Positions 1 through 13,071 of a stretch of 64,000 bases of DNA are shown one piece after another. The stretch covers positions 682,001 to 746,000 of the forward strand of contig JALMLS010000577.1 of assembly GCA_038496445.1 (NCBI GenBank), written 5' to 3'. Position 1 is the stretch's first letter. Each line of letters opens with the position of its first letter. Below the pieces are notes generated by a model. The model was not told the origin of the DNA, searched no databases, and saw only the letters and a program-made list of their open reading frames with translations. The DNA is from Trichosphaerium sp. ATCC 40318 (lineage: Eukaryota > Protista > Tubulinea). The position numbers and the translations under genes are program-made.

Positions 1-295
1 AATCACGTATTCCGCTTGTGTATGGCTGCTTGAACTTTATTTTGTTGTACCCGAGATGATAGTGGATTATATCTGCAAAAAAGGTACATGATGCTGCTAC
101 AGCATGTCTTGGTTTGTCTGGAAGGTGTTCGAATATTAAATAAGCTACTTCTAACGGCATAGTCAAGAAATTTGTTTGTTCGTAATTAAACTCCTTAGAG
201 CTAGTGTACAGGTAAGTTACATTTAAAAATGATAACAAACGCAAAAAACGCGCTTGGCTACATAACTTGTTCGAAATAATGGATGCCAAGCGCAT
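1..295 (-). CDS. F-box protein, 5' part (runs off window edge)
   Basis: Minus-strand frame from ATG at 295 reads ...FLTMPLEVAYLIFEHLPDKPRHAVAASCTFFADII, matching the F-box pattern LPxExxxxIFxxL...vC. Confidence 0.65.
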   Translation of the reverse strand, partial: MRLASIISNKLCSQARFLRLLSFLNVTYLYTSSKEFNYEQTNFLTMPLEVAYLIFEHLPDKPRHAVAASCTFFADIIHYHLGYNKIKFKQPYTSGIRD

Positions 296-466
296 AGTGT
301 GTAGTGTGGGCGAATGAATAAACGTACGTAAGAAGATGTTTTGTCATAGCGTCCTCTGTGAATTGTTAGCAAGGTTTCTTTTTCAATGAAAAAGCTGCCT
401 TAAAATACAGGTAACTTATAAATGTTGTTTCTTCAAACGTCATTTACGTCATAAACGGATCAAAAC

Positions 467-2333
467 ATGTTCAACACATCAACTGTATTCCTGTTATGTA
501 TCTTACCTATTGTTTACGCGTGTTCCGTACTTGTACAACCCGTACGCCAACAAAGACTCTAACCATTACTAAACCACTAAGGGTATACACGTGAACTATT
601 ACAGCTGTTCGAATGATCCATACAAGTACGTCAAGTTTGTTTGGTGAGTTTAACGGCTTATAATTTCTTTTCTACAGGTACATCTTCTCTCTTGGCGAAT
701 GGAACTATTTAGGACCTGTTGGTATTAATTTTACTATGTTTTAGTCGTAGTGACCTCTTATTAGGTGAAACAGCACATGCGACCTTTGATACACGTGATG
801 GCGCTGTTGAGAAGTACCCAACTACTGATGCTGTTATTTTATGTGATGGTACGTTATTTTTCGAACACGTGATTCTCGCTGGCTTACCTATTGGAATTTA
901 AGAACTCATTGACCCCACCACACATGATTACAGTATCTCTGCAAATTGTACTCCAGACGGGCTTATGTGGATTGTAAACCAGAACGGTACAAAAATCGGG
1001 CAATTTAAATTCGAATTTCTCCATGAAGACAACTTTTTGTAAGTCATTAAAGGTTTGTAGTAAATATCTGACTTTTCATTACATAGCTATGAAGCCCTCC
1101 TATTCTTTTATGATCCTGACACTGATAACTTCGTTATCCAATTTGGTTCCTCTCATATGGATGCTATTAATGTTCTTGTATCACGTGATACTTTTGAAAT
1201 TGTGTCAAGAGTAACAGCTGATAAGGTGCGTAAAGATGTTGTTGTAATCAAAGTTATATTGACGTATTATGTAGATGCCATCAACTACGTGGTGTCGCTC
1301 GTATACAGTAAAGGACGGTGCATGCTTCGCGCAAAATGATTGTGAACAGTTCACCAATTTGACAACAGTCGAATACGTAAGTGTTCAAGAAAGCAACCAA
1401 ATCTCTATTTTATTTCTTGCCAAGAGCGTTGTATTCTTTTTTATCAATACTCACCATCTAACGAGAATATTAGTATTCAGATGCTAAGATACTTAACCTT
1501 GTAGACAGTTTCGCCTATCAGTGCAGTGTACCATACTTATCATATGTCTATAATCCATCGTAAGTAAACAAAGAATTAGAAAAAATATGCATAATGCTAA
1601 CTTGAGTACAATAGGACAGGACTTACAAGACCAATAGAGAGTACCTTTACGCATACTTCCTACAAAAAAATTGGTAATATGCATCAAGCTATAAGAAAAT
1701 TAGATGAAAATACGGTAGAAGTCTACACGTGGCCGCCATTCACTGGTACGCATTAAATTTGGACAAGAATCTAAACACTTTTTTTTTTCTTTCTCCTTGT
1801 TTTAGTCACCTAGCACTTTCTACGCCCTTTTAGTATCCTTGGGTATTTTAATCATATTTTTAATGCGTTCATACGTGGCGATATACCAGTCAAGGAAAAA
1901 CCAAGCACTGAAAAGTGCTTTGAAACAGTTGGCTTTTTTTCTTCTTTTTCTACGAATTTTGGTTTCGTCTTTTTACTGCGGCTTCTGGGTGTTATCTTGT
2001 TCTAATTCTATTTTCTAGTTCATACGTATACTATAAGTGATCAACAAACAAGAAAAGTTTTAGGTCTCGACAATAACAACAGCAACCATAAAACATCAAA
2101 CACTGGCGCAATTATTGGACTTGTTTTCTTTTTTTTAATTGTTTTTATAAGTGTTGCCCTCCTCGCCTATCACTTTAAATACAAAAAAGGGCGCGGCAAC
2201 CAAAAGAAGGCCCTCGAAAGCACGAGGTACGAAAAAAATAAGAAAAAAAATACTTTGAAAAATCAAGTTATTGTACAAGTTGCTTACAGCTTTACTTAGT
2301 GCTGATTATGACATTGATCTTGATTATGATTAA
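467..2333 (+). CDS. Multi-exon secreted/type I membrane protein of unknown function
   Basis: Signal-peptide-like MFNTSTVFLLCILPIVYACS; many GT-AG bounded exons; hydrophobic GAIIGLVFFFLIVFISVALLAY followed by basic HFKYKKGRG near 2105-2200. Could be two genes. Confidence 0.5.
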
Positions 2334-5149
2334 GTTCACGTACGTTCGCCCTAGGGGCTACACGATAACTGGAGAAATCCCCTTTTTTCTGGTCAAAAAC
2401 ATGTACACAAGTGATAATTAAATAAATATGTTGACACGCGACTATAGTCAATATAGTTCACCAGAAAATATAAAGGTCTTCAAACAAGCTGAAGTACGTT
2501 TAAAATAACACAAAGCATAGTAATTGTTTAGTTATGTAAAGGAGTACTATAGATGCATGGAAGAAGGATGACCATTTTTAGAAGTGCTCTTGACTAAACT
2601 CGGTTATTTCTTTAGCAACGAAGGCCATATTTCCAAAAAAGATTTCTCCAGGCGTAGGAGTAGTTGTAAGGTCATTTCAAGGTAGATAGATAAATAAATT
2701 TGCTTACCTTAAAGCTAGAGTACACAAAAACGTAAAGCACGTGTATGAAGCACCATAGTTAACAAAGTAGTACTTTTTGGTAGGTGCCATAGTATTTACC
2801 TATTTTATGCCAATGAACCAACGTTAAATAAATAAGGTGGAGACTTTTATTGTACTTCTGTCCATTAACGGCACGAAGCAGAGTAAATGATCTTTTTTTT
2901 TTTATTTTCAAACTTTTATTTGCTTGGTACAATGTTTATCGTGTATGCTAGGCCTTACAGAAGTAATTGGTAATCTCTGGTAACTACAGATATACACAGG
3001 TATGTATTATATACCGCGTATGGATAGTGTAGTTGACACTACGTTCAAGAAAGAGATAAAATCCTGTCTTTTATGATAAAATTGCTTAGCAAGTTTTTTA
3101 CTTTGTTTTGTTTGACGTATGTTTTATTGGTTTTCTGACTTCTACAAGCGCATCCAACAACCAGAGGTTAGTTCTCTTCCTGTACTTCACACAGATAGTG
3201 TCACCGCGGCTGAATTATGTAGCATACAAATTAGGCACGTCACGTGTTGTTATGTTGTCTCTGACTACTCCTGGTGTCTAAACAGCTCAAACAAATTGGC
3301 TACAGTAGCAAGTTAGTGCTAATTCTGCCTGGCGAATTTTGTGGCGTAGGGGATACATCATGTGTTGATCAACATCGATTATTTTCTCCAAGTACTTTGC
3401 TTTTGGTTTTCTTTTTTTTGAAGAAAGTGCGCGGTTTTAGTAGACATGATCACGGTTAGTGGTATTAAGAGCGTTATCACGTCATGAGATTCCCTCCTAT
3501 CGGTTGTACGTGTTTATTTCGCCAAAAGAAAAAAAAAGGTCCGAAATTCGGGATTTCTTTTTTGTAGTTTTTACTCTTTTTGTTCTCTGTAGTCTAGAGG
3601 TATACCCCAAAGCCTCTATCATAAACATGATCTACTGCTAACATTTAAAAGAAGGCTACGATGGCGTATTGATGAACAAATTGCTTTATGGAGTGTTGGA
3701 TACCACCAACACAACGCCAGCTGCCAAAGGGGAGCTATATCAAGAAAAAAAACTAGGTAGGTTCACACGAAACAATCATGGCCAGCTACAGCTTGAATGA
3801 ATGCTAAGGATATTATACAGTGTACTAGCGCATACAAGATCTCACCAGATATTCTTGTTCGATGACATAAATGCCATTTTGTCGCCACTGATTTTTTATT
3901 TAATAGGCAACAACGCACGTGTCATATCTCAAAGGAGTCCAATTTCAAGAAAAAGAGATATAACGGTTTAAATAATAAACTGAAGAATCATATCTTTGCA
4001 TTACTATAATCACGAGAACTCTGTAACTTTTTATTACACAACATTGCCGTTTGAACCAAAGGGATCCGCGAGAGTGATAAATTTTTGATATCATAAGGTA
4101 CATTAAATGGCTTTCTGCGTCTTTCGCACTTTCTGAAAATAAAAAATAGCTAATGAAACTTGTAGTCGCTTTTCTTTTAGGCTGACAGATATGCCATGTG
4201 TACCTGTTAGTTATTTCCGAGGCATCAAAGTTCGTCTGGAAAAATTCAAAAAAAAAAGTAAGCGAAGATTACGCGTGATTTTACTATGTGCAGACGCCGT
4301 TGTTACGTTGGTAGGCATATTGGGAGGGGTTCCTTGTACGTTTTCACCCCAAATAATAACTTAGCGTGCAGTATGAGAAGTTGTTTGATAATAAATATTT
4401 TTCACGTTGGTAATCACGTGCGTTAACGTTTTATTTATATTGAGTGGTTCAACTACCAAATAGTGCCAACAACAAAGAAGTGTTTACTTTATGGTTCACA
4501 CCCAACTGTTTAATGAACTGACTCAAAACGTACGTGCAGTTTGGATAAATAATACCCGACCAATGTCTTGCCTTGATTGAGAAGGAACTAAACAGGTCAT
4601 CAAAGTTATGAAGCGTGTTCCAAAAATCCGGAAAATAAAATAAACCGTACACCGCAAAAAAAAAAAAAAAAAAGGATTTAGTAAAGAAAGGAACAACGGT
4701 CCTTTTTTGAACCAGAAGTCTATATATTGTCTGTACCCTTTCAATTTAATGTATGAAGGTTTCTAGAAAGGAACTACACGAGTTACCAAAGGCCTACTGG
4801 GAACAGCAGTCAGACTTCGCTTTCCAACGCTATATTTGACATGCACGTCTGTATTCAACTAGTTTTGAAGCGAATGAGGCGCGTGGAGATAGAATTGGAA
4901 ACACATTCGGAGCTCACCCTCTTTTCTGACGATATGATATTTCGCATTTCATGTGTTGGAAAGAAGTATTGTGTAGAGAAAACCGGTTTTTTTGGTTCCT
5001 CGTAGTAATGCTTAGAGACCTATCTTCTATTTGTCTGTAGAGCATGTATCAGCTTCCCCTTAAGAGCGAAGGTTTAGTGTGATTTGGCTCACATACCGCG
5101 GACGGTATTATTTAAGTGAACCATTAGTATATTAGTTATTATTTTCAGG

Positions 5150-5974
5150 ACAGACTCTCACAATGTAAGCACCTCTTCCTCTTTGTTTGGTTGTATAACA
5201 TTGCTGTAGGGAGCAAAGACAATATACTTTTCATTCGACGCAGATAGGAGAGAAAGGGGTGACAAGAACAACTGCAGAAGAAAATCTAATATGGAGCGCA
5301 GTAAGTGTTCCTTTTTAAAAATACTAGAACAGTATTTGTTTGTTTTCTCATTGTTTTTGAAGGCTTACTGGAGATTATTTTCACTTTTATACTGTGATAT
5401 CCATAGCTATTGGTTCGGGAGGAACAGCAAACCTATACTAAAGGCTTTGGCTCTTGCTACAGTTATTGGCATAGGTGTACGACAAATTGACGATTTCTTG
5501 TACATTGTCGAGTACGGTCGTTATTTATCACGTGATTCGAATACCTTACAAATACGTAACAAACGTTTAGGCATCATAATTTATTCATGCTCGCCTTGAG
5601 CGTATTCACAACAGAGAAGCCGAAGAAGGCTAGGAGTGTTTATTCCGTCTACAAAGCCCTGAAGAGGTGGGTACCCCAAAGTTTTTTTTTATTCGGGTAA
5701 ATCTTTCTAAAACTAAACTCACATGAGGTGGGCTTCTGTTGGAGACAGGCGACGTGTTAAATGTAATTGGAAGTTTCAAATACACGAGGACGAGAGGCAA
5801 TTGTGGAGAGAGAGTGTAGCTGAAGCGCAACATTTCGTATCCACAATGCCTTCAGTAACTTGGATATGGAGCCATTACGACGAAGGTCACCCAGAGAAAA
5901 AGGAAACTATCCCTTTATTCTCTTACAATTTTATTCTACTTCTTGAATCCATTGTATACGCCACACACTTATGA
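5150..5974 (+). CDS. Multi-exon hypothetical protein (3' exons; 5' end probably near 4100-4800, unresolved)
   Basis: Spliceable exons (AYWRLFSLLYCDIHSYWFG..., WASVGDRRRVKCNWKFQIHEDERQLW...) ending at TGA 5974, followed by AATAAA. No family recognised. Confidence 0.4.
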
Positions 5975-7216
5975 AAGTAAACTAAATAAAACGTGTACTT
6001 TACTAAAAAATTGTTTTACACCCGTTTCATTGAAGTACCTTGCAGCAAATGACAGCAATGTTTTCTCGGTATTTATTGTACATTGAGGTTCAAAAAAAAA
6101 AAGTATTATTTTGTAGTTAGCTAGCACTCACTACCTAGTAAGGTAGCCTGGTCGACATTATTTACGAAGGCGCTTCACAATCGTGCTGAAACGACTTTTT
6201 TCCAAAAGAATTTTTTTCTTACTTTCAGTTCATTTAAACCACGTTTATCAGGTAATTTAGCGTACTAAAGACCATATTAGATGATTATATAGCTAGCTGA
6301 TAAATTTTGTAATGGTGTGAACAGCTTTTCAAGTTTTTCCTTGGTTTTTTTGAATGGCTTGAAAAACTGTCGGCGGCTAAATATACCTGGAACCGAGGTT
6401 TTCACGTTTTATTGTGAACCACCAACGTTGTTACTACATAGCAAATAGGACCAGAAATAAAGCAGCGTAGCTCCAGCATCAAACATGTTCCACCAGGATA
6501 TCTCGGTAACTCGAGGATTGTTAACTAAAATGTATGTTATTTCGTTTATAAACTGCAATGGTCCCACTGTTACCTTTGCCATTTGGCATACCGCTTCGCA
6601 ACGAGAAAGCCTGGAAAGTGTTAGGTTTTGAAACCATAGAAGCATACCAGAGACGTACCATAGCGAGCACCTATGTATACATGGTACCTCTAAAGCATAT
6701 TTATCAACTAAGTCCGCAGTTACAGTCTATGTTAAAGCGCTGTATTTATGACACCTGTCTCTTCTTTCCACTAAGCTTTATACCTATAGAAACGTTTGGA
6801 TCATAATGAGAGGAAAAGAATCAGATGTGTTTCTATTGGGAATAGTCGAGCCTCACAACAAGGACAACGATAAGTATCCTGCCTATTGGTTAATAAGACC
6901 AACCAATCGCATGTTTCAAACAATCAAAACTGATTACGTACTAGATAGCATATGGTACCGTATCATCTTGGCGCGTGTAGGAGTTAAATAAAGCACGACG
7001 CCCCAGGGAAAACGGGGTTAAAAAAAAATACACAGGAAAAAAAGGTAAAAGCCTTGTGATTTTTTTTTTGGCTTTCGCAGCTATTGATACATACGAACAT
7101 ACTTGAGAACTTTCATATAGAATCCCCGCTAACTCAAATTCCACGCCAGATCATTAGAATACTATACATAATATCTGTATCAAAGAGATTAAAACCTTTT
7201 TTTTTTTTGAAGAAAT

Positions 7217-8386
7217 TTATTTTGAAACTTTTATCAAAGACACTCTTACATTAACAATACACCGTATCTCTACATCCCATAGGGAACCATTTGTATTCCA
7301 ATAAACAGATTTACCTCTTTTCTTACCACTGAAATAGTTACACTGTTCAACAAGTACTCCGTTTGTATGATACCTCTCATACAAGCCATCGAGAAGACCG
7401 TTAGCATACGAACAATAAATAGCCATAATACCATTCTCATGCCACGTTTGATACGACCCATGTCTCTTACCATTAGAGTACTCACACTGCATCTTCTGTA
7501 CAGGTGTTCCTGATTGGTACGTTGATTTTGTGTACCACAATTTATGGCATCCTGTACGTATCCCATTTTTATAGAAGCAGTGTTCTTTTAATCTACCACT
7601 TTGCTCCCATCTATAGTACTCACCTTCCTTCTTACCATTTATATATGTACACCACTCTTTCTTAGTACCCATAGGAAACTGTTTAAACCAAATACAATAC
7701 TCACCGTCCAATTGTCCGTTTTTATATTGACACTCAACAAACAACGACCCATCTTCATAGTACTCCGTGTAAAACCCGTTTTTAATTCCGTTTTTATAAA
7801 CACATGACTTTTTTAAACTACCTGGTTCAATATAAGAAGGTACAACTAGTCCTTTTCTCCTCAAATGACGAGGTGTTTTCCTACTTTTTTCGTTTTCTCG
7901 TATTTTTCCTTCATACCATCTATCACATCTTCCTTCCTTCTTTCCGTTTTTATAGTTACAAAATACCTTCATATCACCTAGAGGATACCACTCAATATGC
8001 TCTCCATCAAGAAAACCATTCAAATAATGAGATAGAAGTCGAGGATTAGCATGCCTTTCTTTTTTGTTTTTCGTGGCAAAATGATTCCATATTTTGTACT
8101 CTCCGTGTTTCTTGCCATGCACAAACATGCATTTCGCTCGTAGGAGCGGATTAGAGTATCTAAAGTCATAATAAAGAAATAAACCGTTTCTTTCAAGACT
8201 TTTATCGAATCGCGTTGTAAATGCTGTGAATTTGCTTATCAGTGGCCAGATATGGTTTAAATACGCGTCAAGACTGCAAATAATACGTTGAAGCTCCACA
8301 GGAAGAGAAATCAAAATACAATCACAAAATCGCGAATCGTAGCTCTTATTACTATTTTCAAGCGTAACTGAGTCGTTGTACGCCAT
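7217..8386 (-). CDS. Intronless MORN-variant (YwqK-like) repeat protein with F-box-like N-terminus
   Basis: 389-aa ORF with about a dozen repeats of the type YKNGKKEGxYxxWYExG; N-terminal LISLPVELQRIICSL...WPLISK. Confidence 0.85.
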   Translation of the reverse strand: MAYNDSVTLENSNKSYDSRFCDCILISLPVELQRIICSLDAYLNHIWPLISKFTAFTTRFDKSLERNGLFLYYDFRYSNPLLRAKCMFVHGKKHGEYKIWNHFATKNKKERHANPRLLSHYLNGFLDGEHIEWYPLGDMKVFCNYKNGKKEGRCDRWYEGKIRENEKSRKTPRHLRRKGLVVPSYIEPGSLKKSCVYKNGIKNGFYTEYYEDGSLFVECQYKNGQLDGEYCIWFKQFPMGTKKEWCTYINGKKEGEYYRWEQSGRLKEHCFYKNGIRTGCHKLWYTKSTYQSGTPVQKMQCEYSNGKRHGSYQTWHENGIMAIYCSYANGLLDGLYERYHTNGVLVEQCNYFSGKKRGKSVYWNTNGSLWDVEIRCIVNVRVSLIKVSK

Positions 8387-8726
8387 TGGCGTATTAATTG
8401 TATTGAATTTCTATCATGCGGCACAATTACCCACAAAGACCGCTGCATTCTTTGAACTGCCTCGTCGCAAGTGCGCCTATTGTCAGTAACTGCTATGCGC
8501 GACAAGTACAGCGGAGGTACGCGTATATTCTATCGCATAAACAACAGCTTTATTTCCTTTCAAGCTACTCTAAAACAAATGCCGCGTTAGTGGCGCTGGG
8601 CGGTGTAGACTGTTTTTTTTGCTTTGAGCTAAGACAGACCTCCTAACTCTTGTTCCGCACAAGCTATAGTTATAGAAAGTACATGTTTAGCAGGTTTTGC
8701 TTATGACAATACACCACGTGTAGTTT

Positions 8727-10791
8727 TCAATTGTGCGGAGAAGAATGGGTAGCCAACTGAGATGCCATGCAGAAAATACGGACGCATACCTTTAATAAAG
8801 AGCTTAGCGTTGCTCCAGATGAATACCCTGTCCTCCTTACTGTTGATCGCTTGAGAATGGAACTAGCCAAGTTTTCTCCTTCAATGAAAATAAGGTCGTA
8901 GACGGAAAGACGGTATTCAGCATGTCCACATTTGTTTCTCGCCATATATTGATCTCCAAGGAACAATATAATGAGTGTGGCAAAGACATTGTTCACAGCA
9001 AATGAACCCACGCCAAATTCTAATGCTAAAGCACGTACTGAAAACGAATTGTAACTAAGAAAGTGGCGTGCTATTAGTATCCAAAGTACCTGTTAAAAAA
9101 TTCCCACTCTTTATTCTTATTCTTTTTGCACAATTGTGGTTCTACCATCAAGGTACTTGTACCATTTCTCATGTTTTAATAGTTGTTTGAATCACGTGGA
9201 AAACAATGGGGTACAAACTTGGTGTATTTCATGCAACGGTTGTAAGAAGGTATACATGTTTATCACTATTTGCAATGATCTGGATAGCTGAAATCTATTG
9301 CTGGATTAAGTGGTCCAACTGCTTTAACGCCTAAACCTCTTCTTGCGAATCCCTAGTTATGTTCTTACAAAATAAGCACACATGAATGAAGAAGTAGTCA
9401 AACAACAACAAAAGTATTCATACCTTCCACGCTGCGCATAAAAGCATCCCTTGATAGTTTATTTCATCCACATGGAGTATAGCATCACGTACTTGTATAC
9501 AGTAGGGGGCATATAGCTGAAATCTGGTTAGAATAGTGTTAACACAGCTATAACTGCAAAGACAACAACGCACTTCATTCCATCAACCACGTTTTGCCAC
9601 AATACATTGTTTCCAAGAGTACCATTTATCTTATCATGACTGTACCCAAACTCCATACGCACCTCCCAGTATATTAAGCAGGAATATTCTCCATATATGA
9701 GACTCCGTGAACACCGTGTATCATAATTTGAGAATCAAGGCACCCATCCTACTTGGACTTATTCCACAAGGTATTTTTCTTACATTTTTCTTAGTTCTAT
9801 TTTCTTTGTCTAAAGGGAGAAAAAAAAACCAAGTACCATCAGGTTGTGTTGCAAAGTATGCATTACTTTTGTAGCTTGCATCATGAGCCATAGCAACAAC
9901 TGCGTCAGTACCAAGTCCACCTTTCATAGTTATTTGTTTGAAAGTTGCTGGCTGGTTCTTCAAACCGCTTAATAAAACAAGCCATGAAGAATGTTGTTCC
10001 AATAGAATAAGTTTGTAATACCAGCGTTTTCGTAGCTAAAAGGATCGACCTTTAGATCAATAGGACAGTCAAATCTAAGGTTTCTTTCGTATCTACCATT
10101 AGGTTTATAGTTAAAAGTCCAATCTGTTTCATCTCCGTTTTGATTTTCTTAAGCACGTACATTATTACCAAATGTCACGACACAGTACCAGAACCCTATA
10201 ATAGTCATTAGTTTGTTTTCTTAATAAAGGCATTTAACTCATGTGTATGCGGTAGCTTCACGGACTGGGCGCATGAATATAATCGGCAAAGTCATCATGG
10301 TAACAAGCCAATATGATTGGGCAGCTTTTAGAGTCAAAACAAAAGGAAGTTGAGGTCGTACACCAACACACGTTCACCTTTAGCAGGATAAGTTTTTCGG
10401 ATACGTGTATAAATATACATTCTATTAGGTATCGTTGCCCCATGTCTAATCCAATTACAACAAGCATGAATTGTTCTTGATGTCACGTCTACATAAGTAT
10501 GAGATACCAGCGCTTCCAAGACGAATAACCATCTAAATAGGATACTTAGAATTTTCTCAAATAGTTTAGGCACGAGCATTGTAGATAACCAGAATTTAAA
10601 TGCGTGTTTAAGAGGAGCAGCTACGTGGTCGCAACCACAGCTGCAACATATATGACATAATTTTTAAGTTTTTGTTGGGTATCAAGAGAAACAAAAAGGG
10701 GCAACGGAGCGTATATTATTAGTAAGAGCAAGAGTTTTATCTTCAAGCTTAACATAGCCAAGACAAGTGTCTGGTACCTTTTCTTCAACAT
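8727..10791 (-). pseudogene. Fungalysin (peptidase M36) pseudogene
   Basis: M36 motifs AGITNLFYWNNILH, NFQTNNY/KGGLGTDAVVAMAHD..SNAYFATQPDG, DGCLDSQIMIH, VVDGMK, VRDAILHVDE, GFARRGLG. In-frame stop and frameshifts at about 9925-9972; the HExxH site reads HGVHG. Confidence 0.8.
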
Positions 10792-11350
10792 TATCAAGGC
10801 TATTCAAGTGATTTAATACGTTGTAAAAAGCCTTGAACACGTGTTAGCTACAGCGCTGCTAACTTATTTAAAAAACTAAGAAACGAGCAAACTTTCTTTT
10901 GCAGTTTTTGTACTTACAGGAATTCCATTTACTATTTGTCGAAGGTACATGTGTTCAACAGTTGTTACGTTTCGTAAAATAGTCATTTCTAACTTCCCAT
11001 AAAGTACCAGGATACATTTTAGACATGAGTAATAGTTAGATCCCAATCGTCCATTGGCTCCTACAAACAACACCTGATTGAAGAAATATCTTTGATTGAC
11101 CACTTTGTCACTAAACCTGATACCTTTGTTTTATTAAATGTCATAGACTAAAACAACCGAAAAGACAAACACTTTTACGAGTACATTGTAGTCATTGTGT
11201 AATTGCCTCTGACCGTTGTTACGCTCTAGGTTGTTGAATATTGCATTTTATGCACAACATAGCAACCCAAGTAAAGGAGGTAAATGAATTAAATATTTGG
11301 AATAAACGTGATGATGCTCGATAAAAAAGTACTCCTTTGTGGTTTATCCA

Positions 11351-12906
11351 TTACATTATGTTACATGTTTTTTCTTCTTCAGATTCTTTCATAGCACTCT
11401 TAGGTTTATTTATACCTCTTATATCTTCTATCATAGATCTCCAATCGCTTCCAAGGCATCCCATAGGGTCTAAAAAGCATAAACAAGATGATTGTACACA
11501 TCAAAAGAAAAGACGGTAACTACCTTCAACTGGTTTTTCTAGTAACCTCAATGGAATGTCAGTAGTTCCCTAAAAATCAAATAATTAATAACCTTTTAAC
11601 TTACACCAATACAAATACTTGTAATAGTCAAATATAAAGATGATGTACCTCTTTTAGAATCTTCCTGTCAACAGGTTCTCTCCAATTAAAAAGACAAGCT
11701 GATGTATCATTAAAAAAAGGATTTAACTCGATAATAAGAGCCCTATTATCATCTGTAATGACAACATCCATTATATAGTTATCTTGTTTAATCATATCCT
11801 TTACACTCTCCCAAAACGTTATGAGTTTCTTTCTTATTTTTTCTCTGTTTGATACAATATGAGGAAAATGTTGATAGTAACAATACTGAGAAATAGCATT
11901 CAACTTGTTACCAAAAACAAACGCTCGGAACTCATAATCAGGTCTCATAGGTATCTACCCGACCAAATAAGTACTGTTCAGGTGTATAGTTTTGTAACAA
12001 AGCTTACCCATTCTCTAACCAAAACTTGAAGATTGAAAGCATCTGGAAATTCTATTGCCATGTACAAATCACTCTTTATACGTTGACTGAGCAACAATAG
12101 ATTAAGTGCTTCTTCTCCACTCGAAACTGAACAGTCGTTAGATAATTAATAAGCAACTCTTCATGAAAAAGCTTTTCTGCCAATTTCACAAGTCAGAAAA
12201 AAATCACGTGCACAAAATGATAAAAATGTACCTTTAGCTGCTGTTCTTGTTGCTGTAACAAATGCAATAGTATCGCCATTAGGAGTCTCGTCACTTTCCT
12301 TCAGAGCCTAGCAGGAAGTCAACAACAAAAAAAGCGAAGACCAATAGTCTAATGAACCTCCATTAATGCATCTTTCATTCTGTTGTTAATCTTTCCGTGA
12401 AGAGAATCCTTAGGGCTAAACAACGGAGTCAGATAGATATTCATTTGACGAAATATACGCCGTACCTACGCGTACTGAGCTTCACAAAGGCGTTGCCTAA
12501 AATACTAATTAAATATTGATTTTCCATTCATACTTTCTATATTTACCTCCGAATGACTTGATCGCTTTATCAATGCGTGTAGCTACTTCGTTGGCTTTCT
12601 ATTAGGCCGTCAGATTTTTTTTGTACATTTTTCACAATGAAACATCAGTACCTCTTTGTCGCCTGTTTGAGAGTACGTCGTGCCTACTGCCGCATTTTTT
12701 TGAGTGTCTCTACACAAATTGTACAACGCTGTAATGTCTTCCATGGACAATGGCAAGAAGAACGTTTTAGGTGTCACACCCGCCTCAATTACATCATAAT
12801 ACCATGTTTCAAGGGCAAAATCGAATACATACTTGTTTCGTTGATAAAAAAACTTGTTATCCTTTATTTTAGCCTTTGTATCGTCTGGTAGCTCTTTTGG
12901 TTCCAT
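11351..12906 (-). CDS. Cdc123/D123-family (R2K clade) ATP-grasp protein
   Basis: Motifs FVKLSTRSPKD, LLLLSQRIKSDL, EFRAFVFGNKLNAISQY, IIELNPFFNDTSACLFNW; spliced C-terminus ends ...EEEKTCNIM*. Confidence 0.85.
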
Positions 12907-13071
12907 GTTATGTTATCAACGTGATACTTGTACGTTTATAAACTGTTGGACTCTCAATGAAGCTAATCTATTTTCTACGTTACATGAACGACGGAAATCA
13001 CAATGTAACAGCGCCAATAGCTCTAAACGAAAAGTAAACAGATTTCAACAACGTCAAATTTGAACTACAGC

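Noticed and set aside
6240-7150. Short ORFs, one faintly LRR-like (NNPRVTEISWWNMFDAGATLL)
   Set aside because: No consistent exon chain or repeat periodicity; too weak to call.
7217-8386. Bacterial toxin-antitoxin (YwqJK) module or a full endogenous viral element
   Set aside because: There is no toxin partner and no viral hallmark genes (capsid, polymerase, packaging ATPase), and the flanks are intron-containing host genes.
8440-8514. Small possible hairpin upstream of the MORN gene (CCGCTG/CAGCGG)
   Set aside because: The helices are short enough to arise by chance.
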